Positions 40,130-45,990 of a stretch of DNA of 64,000 nt are shown here, one piece after another. The stretch spans positions 24,391-88,390 of the forward strand of contig JAFTRE010000011.1 of the NCBI GenBank assembly GCA_017462385.1, written 5' to 3'. The notes under the pieces were generated by a model. The model searched no databases. It was not told the origin of the DNA and saw only the letters and a program-made list of their open reading frames with translations. Made by a program: the position numbers and the translations under genes. The DNA comes from Clostridia bacterium (lineage in GTDB: Bacteria > Bacillota > Clostridia > Oscillospirales > CAG-272). Each line of letters opens with the position of its first letter. The stretch's first letter is position 1.

Positions 40130-40880
40130 TACGCCAAAGCAGGACAGCATCCCTGCCCTGCGCGCGCTGTGGCAGGAGTCGTTCGGTGACACGGACACAT
40201 TTCTCGACACCTTTTATGCTACCGCATACGCCCCCAAGCGCTGCCGCTGTGTATATGCGGACGGCAAGGTAGTAGCGGCGCTTTATTGGTTTAACTGCCT
40301 GCACGAGGGACATCGCATAGCCTATATTTATGCCGTAGCAACCGCCATGTCTCACCGTGGCCGCGGGCTGTGCTCCGCTCTGATGCACGACACGCATCAG
40401 CACTTGACCGACCTCGGCTATGCGGGTGCAATACTTGTCCCCGGGAGTGACCGACTTTTCGATTTTTATCAAAGGCTCGGCTACAATACCAGTTCATACA
40501 TCAGTGCAGTGAAAGCCCAAGCAAGCGATACCTCACTTGTCATACGACCTATCGGCAAGTCGGAATATGCCAAGCTTCGTCGGCGCTATTTGCCGTTAGG
40601 TGGCGTAATACAGGAGGACGAAAACCTCAACTTTCTCGAAACGCAAGCCGCATTGTATGCGGGCGACGGCTTTGTGCTTGCCGCGAACACCGCAAAAGGC
40701 GAGCTTCACGGAGTTGAACTGTTGGGTAAGACCGATGCGGCCGGCGCTATCGTGTCCGCGCTGGGCTGCTCCGTCGGTAGTTTCCGAACAGCGGGCAACG
40801 AACGTCGCTTTGCCATGTATATTCCACTCGGCGACAGTACGCTTGCCCCTCCCAACTATTTCGGACTTGCTTTTGATTAA
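40119..40880 (+). CDS. GNAT family N-acetyltransferase
   Basis: IYAVATAMSHRGRGLCSALM (R-x-x-G-x-G/A motif). Start trimmed to MIIDTPK. 11-nt overlap with the upstream gene. Confidence 0.75.
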   Translation: MIIDTPKQDSIPALRALWQESFGDTDTFLDTFYATAYAPKRCRCVYADGKVVAALYWFNCLHEGHRIAYIYAVATAMSHRGRGLCSALMHDTHQHLTDLGYAGAILVPGSDRLFDFYQRLGYNTSSYISAVKAQASDTSLVIRPIGKSEYAKLRRRYLPLGGVIQEDENLNFLETQAALYAGDGFVLAANTAKGELHGVELLGKTDAAGAIVSALGCSVGSFRTAGNERRFAMYIPLGDSTLAPPNYFGLAFD

Positions 40881-40918
40881 AATAAAGGTTCACACATATG
40901 TGTGAACCTTTATTTTAA
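40877..40918. terminator. bidirectional terminator (42-nt perfect palindrome)
   Basis: TTAAAATAAAGGTTCACACATATGTGTGAACCTTTATTTTAA. Confidence 0.8.
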
Positions 40919-41361
40919 TCAAGACGCCTCAGCACATCTACCATATCCGCGCTCTCGCCCGCGACATCGGCAACGCTGATGCGCGCAAGCTTTGTAGCAA
41001 CGCCGTCATTGATGCGGCAGAAAATATGATAAAGTATGCATTCGCTTTTGTCCACGCCCTCTCGGGAGCATTTATGCGAATCGTCTATACATTTGGAAAT
41101 TGCAAGCGGCCCGTCGATAAGCTCGATTATATCTCGCAAAGTGATCTGCTCTGCCGCACAAGCCAGCGCATATCCGCCGTTCGCACCCTTATATGAACGT
41201 ACGATACCGCCGGTCACCAGCTTATGCAGTATTTTAAGCGTAAAACGGGCGCTGACTGATGTCCGTTCGGCAATCTCAGCCGCGCTCTCGCGCTCTTCCC
41301 CGCTCTGCGCCAGCATGCAGGCAATGCGCAGGGCGTAATCCGCCTCCTGTGTTATTCTCAT
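40915..41361 (-). CDS. Rrf2 family transcriptional regulator (three clustered Cys)
   Basis: MRITQEADYALRI...RFTLKILHKLVTGGIVRSYKGANGGY wHTH. C-x7-C-x10-C (KCIDDSHKCSREGVDKSEC). Start trimmed to the ATG after GGAGG. Confidence 0.85.
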   Translation of the reverse strand: MRITQEADYALRIACMLAQSGEERESAAEIAERTSVSARFTLKILHKLVTGGIVRSYKGANGGYALACAAEQITLRDIIELIDGPLAISKCIDDSHKCSREGVDKSECILYHIFCRINDGVATKLARISVADVAGESADMVDVLRRLD

Positions 41362-41380
41362 GGCAACCTCCAAAAATATT

Positions 41381-43603
41381 TTATGACAGCTCGCCGTTAC
41401 AGCGTATTGTGATTATGAAATCGGGCTTTATCTCGGAGATAAGCTCGTCGCTTATGGTGAACTCATCCTCGCGCAGAACTATCATTTTACTGAAATGCTC
41501 CGCCATATTATCAAGCATCTCGGTGCCATAGGCATCGCGTGTAACTATTGCAACAGGCAAGGTCGGATCATCCACATAAGAGATGAATGCCTGCGTTATA
41601 TCAAATGCTCCGTCGCCGCTATGCTCAAATCTCGCCTGCGGCTGGTACAGACGCTGCAGTGTCAGATATTCTTCAACAATGACCGCGCCATCAAGTCCGA
41701 GGCGGGTAACAAGCTCGCCGCCGACATTATACTCGGATACCGCCATAAAGTCCACCAGCTCATGCACATTGACAGAGCTGAATTTTTCCGATATTTCCGT
41801 CATAAGCGAATGATATCCGACATAAGCCCCGAAGCCCGTCCACAACATATCTGTCTGGCTGTAAAGACGCTCCATGATGGTATGGGTTCTCATTTCAGCT
41901 GTCAAGTCTATTACCGACATCCCCGCACTCTCGCGCACCCCTCTGACTATATCGCGATACTGATTGATAGTCGGCAACAGCTTGCGTAGCGCCTCAGGCG
42001 CGTCATCGGAATATACCGCCAGCTTATCGGGTACTATAAGGTAAAGATACTCGGTGTCACGCCCCGTCAACTCCTTGACGCGGCTTATTTTTTGCTCAAG
42101 TCCCTCGCGAACGGCAAGTATTTGGTCGTCGCTGAGAAAGCTGAGCCACGAATAATCTGCTGAATAAAGCTCGGAATTATGCCCGACGGCAACCGTTTTA
42201 TCCTTTGCGTCGGGGTCACTTCGCAACACAAGCTCGATCGGCTCACTTACAAGCTTATCGTCCGCTTGCGCGGTTATACTGACATTGACAGCCCTTTTGT
42301 CTCCCAGATCAACCGAAATGAAGAAAAGTTCTCCTATCGCCCGCTCTGTTTTTATTATTTGGCCGTCAACTCTGACCGTCATAAGCGCGTCCGACTCGGT
42401 CTCACCCGCTATACAAACGGTATGAGAATCTATCGAGCACTGCGAAATAAGAAGCGGCGGCGAAGTGATGGTATCATCGATACTCAGTTCCAAACCCGCG
42501 TTATATGTCAGCAGTGTGTTTGAGTCGAGCAGATCATAAAGCTCATACTCATGAATGAATTGCACCACAACGGACGGCTGAAGATTATCCATTGTCAGTC
42601 CGCTGAACTGGTGATTGTTCTTATATGTAACCTCGGAATAGGTGTTGGAGAAATAGGGCATGAGTAATATGCGATCCCAATCGTTGGTAAACTCAAGTAA
42701 TACGACATCATCACTTTCGGTCGTGTATTCCTCGGTTACAGAGGTGCGCACCATAGTACCGTAATAGCTCGAAACGGTATATTTTGTCTGCGCACTGTTG
42801 GAAAGCGATACAGTCTCGTTGAGAATGATGGATTCAAGCCCTGCGCGACGGGCAAGCTCCTTGCCGTCGGTACTGCGGGTATAAAGATCCAGCGAGGATA
42901 CACCCACAAGGCTTCCATTGATGCCGTACATCTGCTCCAGCTTTTCTCTTACGCCGTCATAAAGATACCATTCGCCAAGCGAATTGAGCGAATTTTCGGT
43001 ATTGTTGTAAAGCAACTTACCGTATGTTTTGGCGGTAAGCATCAGATCTGTGGTGTCATAAAAATAGTCGTATCCCTCGCCCTCGAGATAATCCGAAAGC
43101 TGGGAGAGGCGTGTATTTTCGCTCAGCTCGCCCATATAATACGGCATAAGCTCGCTGTAAACCGTTTGCGAGTTTGGAATGACCACCATAAGATAATCAA
43201 CGCCGAGATTTTTATATGCCAGCCGACGCAAGCTGAGTATATTTGCGAACGCAGTCAGCTCACTTTCCGAAAAACGGGAATCACCGATATAGTCGCGCAG
43301 ATAATTGTATCCGCCGTCCGTCTCACCCGCGTCAAACAGAAAACCGTTGTCTCCGAGTATTATATCCGAGCTTCCTATACTTCGGAAAAGCAGATATTCA
43401 ATGTTATCGGTGAGCTCGAGCAGCTGTTCATTTTCGTAAAAAGCATCCGAAAAGGCATTGAAGGTCATCTCGTCTGCAACGGAATTCTCGGAAACGGTAT
43501 CGTTACCTGTCAATGCGGCTATTCCAAAGTAAAATGTAAATGTCAAAATAATACCGGCGAATAGCGCCGCACAAACGACGTTTATCGGCTTTGAACGGGA
43601 CAT
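41381..43603 (-). CDS. tandem-duplicated DHHW/AlgX-AlgJ-like extracytoplasmic protein (MBOAT partner), N-terminal TM anchor
   Basis: TM at aa 8-30. Module 1 is about aa 40-375 (GDNGFLF, LMVVIPNSQTVYSE, LYNNTENSLNSLGEWYLY). A beta-rich insert follows at about aa 385-465. Module 2 is about aa 470-740 (LYLIVPDKLAVYSD, LYSQTDMLWTGFGAYVGY, IKPDFII). Confidence 0.65.
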   Translation of the reverse strand: MSRSKPINVVCAALFAGIILTFTFYFGIAALTGNDTVSENSVADEMTFNAFSDAFYENEQLLELTDNIEYLLFRSIGSSDIILGDNGFLFDAGETDGGYNYLRDYIGDSRFSESELTAFANILSLRRLAYKNLGVDYLMVVIPNSQTVYSELMPYYMGELSENTRLSQLSDYLEGEGYDYFYDTTDLMLTAKTYGKLLYNNTENSLNSLGEWYLYDGVREKLEQMYGINGSLVGVSSLDLYTRSTDGKELARRAGLESIILNETVSLSNSAQTKYTVSSYYGTMVRTSVTEEYTTESDDVVLLEFTNDWDRILLMPYFSNTYSEVTYKNNHQFSGLTMDNLQPSVVVQFIHEYELYDLLDSNTLLTYNAGLELSIDDTITSPPLLISQCSIDSHTVCIAGETESDALMTVRVDGQIIKTERAIGELFFISVDLGDKRAVNVSITAQADDKLVSEPIELVLRSDPDAKDKTVAVGHNSELYSADYSWLSFLSDDQILAVREGLEQKISRVKELTGRDTEYLYLIVPDKLAVYSDDAPEALRKLLPTINQYRDIVRGVRESAGMSVIDLTAEMRTHTIMERLYSQTDMLWTGFGAYVGYHSLMTEISEKFSSVNVHELVDFMAVSEYNVGGELVTRLGLDGAVIVEEYLTLQRLYQPQARFEHSGDGAFDITQAFISYVDDPTLPVAIVTRDAYGTEMLDNMAEHFSKMIVLREDEFTISDELISEIKPDFIITIRCNGELS

Positions 43604-43615
43604 TTGACACCCTCC

Positions 43616-45013
43616 TTAGAATACAAAATATTTAAATGCCTGCATCGCAGACTGCGGATACTGCGGCATATAATATACCAACGTAAACACAAATATCGCA
43701 AGCAAAAGCAATGTGCCCACGCACTCGGCGATCGGGCGCAGACGCTGCGGCAATTTGTTGAGTATGGCGTCGCCGCAGCAGATAAGCGGTGAAAACAGCA
43801 GCGCCGCTATCGCCGTGACGATATATTCACCGCCCGACATAACTATGTAAACGTAATAAATATGATAATCATCCACCGATGACGAGACGGCGTTGATCAG
43901 CGAGGTAAAATCGCCAAGCGACGCCGACAGGCCCGCTGTCCAGAAGATGGACATAAGTAAAAATGTCAGGAAAAATCCGATTGGACGCAACAGCTTACTG
44001 TCCTTGAGCAGCTGCTCCGCGCCCGACACTGACAAAATGAACATGATTGCCGCAACTATCAGCGCCATAATAAGCATTGTCAGCGAAAAACGCACCCACA
44101 GTGCGATCAACACCACCGTCAGCGATGACGCTATCGCACTGCCGACCTTTCGGCGGGACAACGAAGTCACACGAAGCAACGGAGAGACGATATAATCGTC
44201 CAGCCAATCTCCCAGTCCCACGAAAATGCGGCTGAAATACCGCGCGGGAGAATATGCCCACAGCGCTCCGCTGACATCGCGCGGCAGTGATATACCGAAC
44301 ATACGTGCAATACCGACACCCATATCCGCCCAGCCGGCGAAAGCAAAATACGCCGCCAGAAAAACAGCCACTGCAGCAAACATTCCGAACCCGATATCGG
44401 GGGCTCGATCACTCGTCTCGATTATCAGCTCGTATGCCTCGAGCATGACCGCAGCTATAGCCAGCCGCTCAATAACGCCCACCGCAAACAGCTTGACGCC
44501 GCTCGCAAATTCGTTGACGTTATAATGCATGGAATCTATGTATTTTACGAAATCCTTATATTTTATGACAGGTCCCGCTGCCATGACCGGGAAAAACATT
44601 ATGTAAAGCAGTGTATCGTCGATGCGAGCAGGCTCGGCATCGCGCCGCGCGATATCAATGACATAAGAGACGCAGCTGAGCAACCATATTGCCCCGCCGA
44701 GCGGGAATGAGAACAGCTCGCCTCTGTCATCAAGCACGCGGAATACAAAAAACAGCGTTATAGCCACAGCGCCCGCAATAATGCCCACATATTTAAAGCT
44801 CGTCCGCGCCGCAAAACGCCCCGCAAAATACGTCGCTATCGACAGCGCCAACAGTATAACTATAGACAGCGGGGCATTGAGATTTGCAAGCATATAAAAC
44901 ACCGCCGAAATGACCAGCAACAACGAGCGCCTATATCGCTGAGGTGTCAGATAAAATGCCGCAAGCGAAACGGGCAAAAACAAAAACATAAACGCCGCCG
45001 ACGCAAAAAGCAT
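43616..45013 (-). CDS. MBOAT family O-acyltransferase (AlgI/DltB/PatA-like)
   Basis: Polytopic. MLFASAAFMFLFLPV N-terminus is typical of AlgI/DltB. Start trimmed to the ATG 8 nt after GGGAGG. Confidence 0.88.
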   Translation of the reverse strand: MLFASAAFMFLFLPVSLAAFYLTPQRYRRSLLLVISAVFYMLANLNAPLSIVILLALSIATYFAGRFAARTSFKYVGIIAGAVAITLFFVFRVLDDRGELFSFPLGGAIWLLSCVSYVIDIARRDAEPARIDDTLLYIMFFPVMAAGPVIKYKDFVKYIDSMHYNVNEFASGVKLFAVGVIERLAIAAVMLEAYELIIETSDRAPDIGFGMFAAVAVFLAAYFAFAGWADMGVGIARMFGISLPRDVSGALWAYSPARYFSRIFVGLGDWLDDYIVSPLLRVTSLSRRKVGSAIASSLTVVLIALWVRFSLTMLIMALIVAAIMFILSVSGAEQLLKDSKLLRPIGFFLTFLLMSIFWTAGLSASLGDFTSLINAVSSSVDDYHIYYVYIVMSGGEYIVTAIAALLFSPLICCGDAILNKLPQRLRPIAECVGTLLLLAIFVFTLVYYMPQYPQSAMQAFKYFVF

Positions 45014-45045
45014 ATGAACACCTCCCATAAATATCATTATATATT

Positions 45046-45074
45046 ATTCTATCACATATCTCGTCATCTTGCAA
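45046..45074 (-). promoter_or_regulatory. promoter for the MBOAT operon
   Basis: Minus strand TTGCAA, 17 nt, TAGAAT with a TG extended -10. Confidence 0.6.
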
Positions 45075-45093
45075 GTTATTTATTCAAATAAAT

Positions 45094-45474
45094 TCAGACC
45101 TCATTTTTCCTTATCACCTCATAAAGCCGCTTGACATATTTCAAATGCCTGTATATCGTTCTTTCGTCACAATGCAGCTCATAAGCAAGGCGGCGAATGC
45201 GAAATGTCACATCATTTCGACGTGGACGGCGCCCCGCGCCGAGAAAATATACCCTTCGTATAGCCGCAATGCACTCCTCCTTCTCCGATGCTCTCAGCAG
45301 ACGTAATGTATCATACACCGCCAGCATATCCAATGTCATCGCCTCCGATGCGCACATGCCGCGTATGCAGTCATACGCCTCATACACTGTCAAGCATCGC
45401 CGATCAAGCCCGAGCAAGGCATAACGCCGAAAGGCGACCGCGGCATCCGAGACACGCCCATATCTTTGTGACAT
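45094..45474 (-). CDS. small HTH protein resembling sigma-70 region 4
   Basis: C-terminal RIRRLAYELHCDERTIYRHLKYVKRLYEVI looks like a region 4.2 HTH. Start trimmed to MSQRYG. Confidence 0.45.
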   Translation of the reverse strand: MSQRYGRVSDAAVAFRRYALLGLDRRCLTVYEAYDCIRGMCASEAMTLDMLAVYDTLRLLRASEKEECIAAIRRVYFLGAGRRPRRNDVTFRIRRLAYELHCDERTIYRHLKYVKRLYEVIRKNEV

Positions 45475-45591
45475 TACACTTCCTCCTTGAGTTTTTATAA
45501 CAACATTATAGAACATTTGTTCGACTTTGTCAAGAGTCAAAACAGCCAATGCGAGCAATATGCACAAGTTGCAAAATTGTACATAAACATA

Positions 45592-45620
45592 TTGACATTA
45601 TTGAAAAATCGTGATATAAT
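45592..45620 (+). promoter_or_regulatory. sigma-A type promoter for the HPr-like gene
   Basis: TTGACA, 17 nt, TATAAT. Confidence 0.75.
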
Positions 45621-45685
45621 TTTATCCATAAAATATCATGGTTGGCATAACAGCCGACTAATAATTAAAATTGGAGGTTTAACCG

Positions 45686-45916
45686 ATGAAAACAGCACAA
45701 ATCAAATTATCCACAATCCGCGATGTCCAAGCCTTTGTAGGTATCGCAACCGCCTTCGACGGAGATATCGATCTCTCGTCCGGCCGCTATGTGGTCGATG
45801 CAAAATCGATCATCGGTATCTTCAGTCTCGACCTTCTCTCCCCCATCACGCTCACTGTTCACTCGGGCGACGCAGACAAACTGTTCGCTCAGCTTGACGC
45901 TTTCCTGGTCAAATAA
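45686..45916 (+). CDS. HPr-fold protein lacking the His15 phosphorylation site
   Basis: 76 aa, GGAGG SD. DAKSIIGIFSLDL matches the HPr Ser46 region. LSTIRDVQAF replaces the G-(I/L)-H-A-R-P-A His15 loop. Confidence 0.7.
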   Translation: MKTAQIKLSTIRDVQAFVGIATAFDGDIDLSSGRYVVDAKSIIGIFSLDLLSPITLTVHSGDADKLFAQLDAFLVK

Positions 45917-45932
45917 GATAACTGAAGATATA

Positions 45933-45978
45933 AAAACATTTTGCCCGCTGACTTTGGTCAGCGGGCAAAATGTTTTTT
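45933..45978. terminator. bidirectional terminator (20-bp stem)
   Basis: AAAACATTTTGCCCGCTGAC-TTTG-GTCAGCGGGCAAAATGTTTT followed by TT. Confidence 0.85.
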
Positions 45979-45990
45979 GCTTATCTTAAA

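Noticed and set aside
39642-40472. 276-aa and 169-aa ORFs on the - strand
   Set aside because: Antisense to the DUF2156 and GNAT genes. They are Arg/Pro/Gly-rich with no SD, so shadow ORFs.
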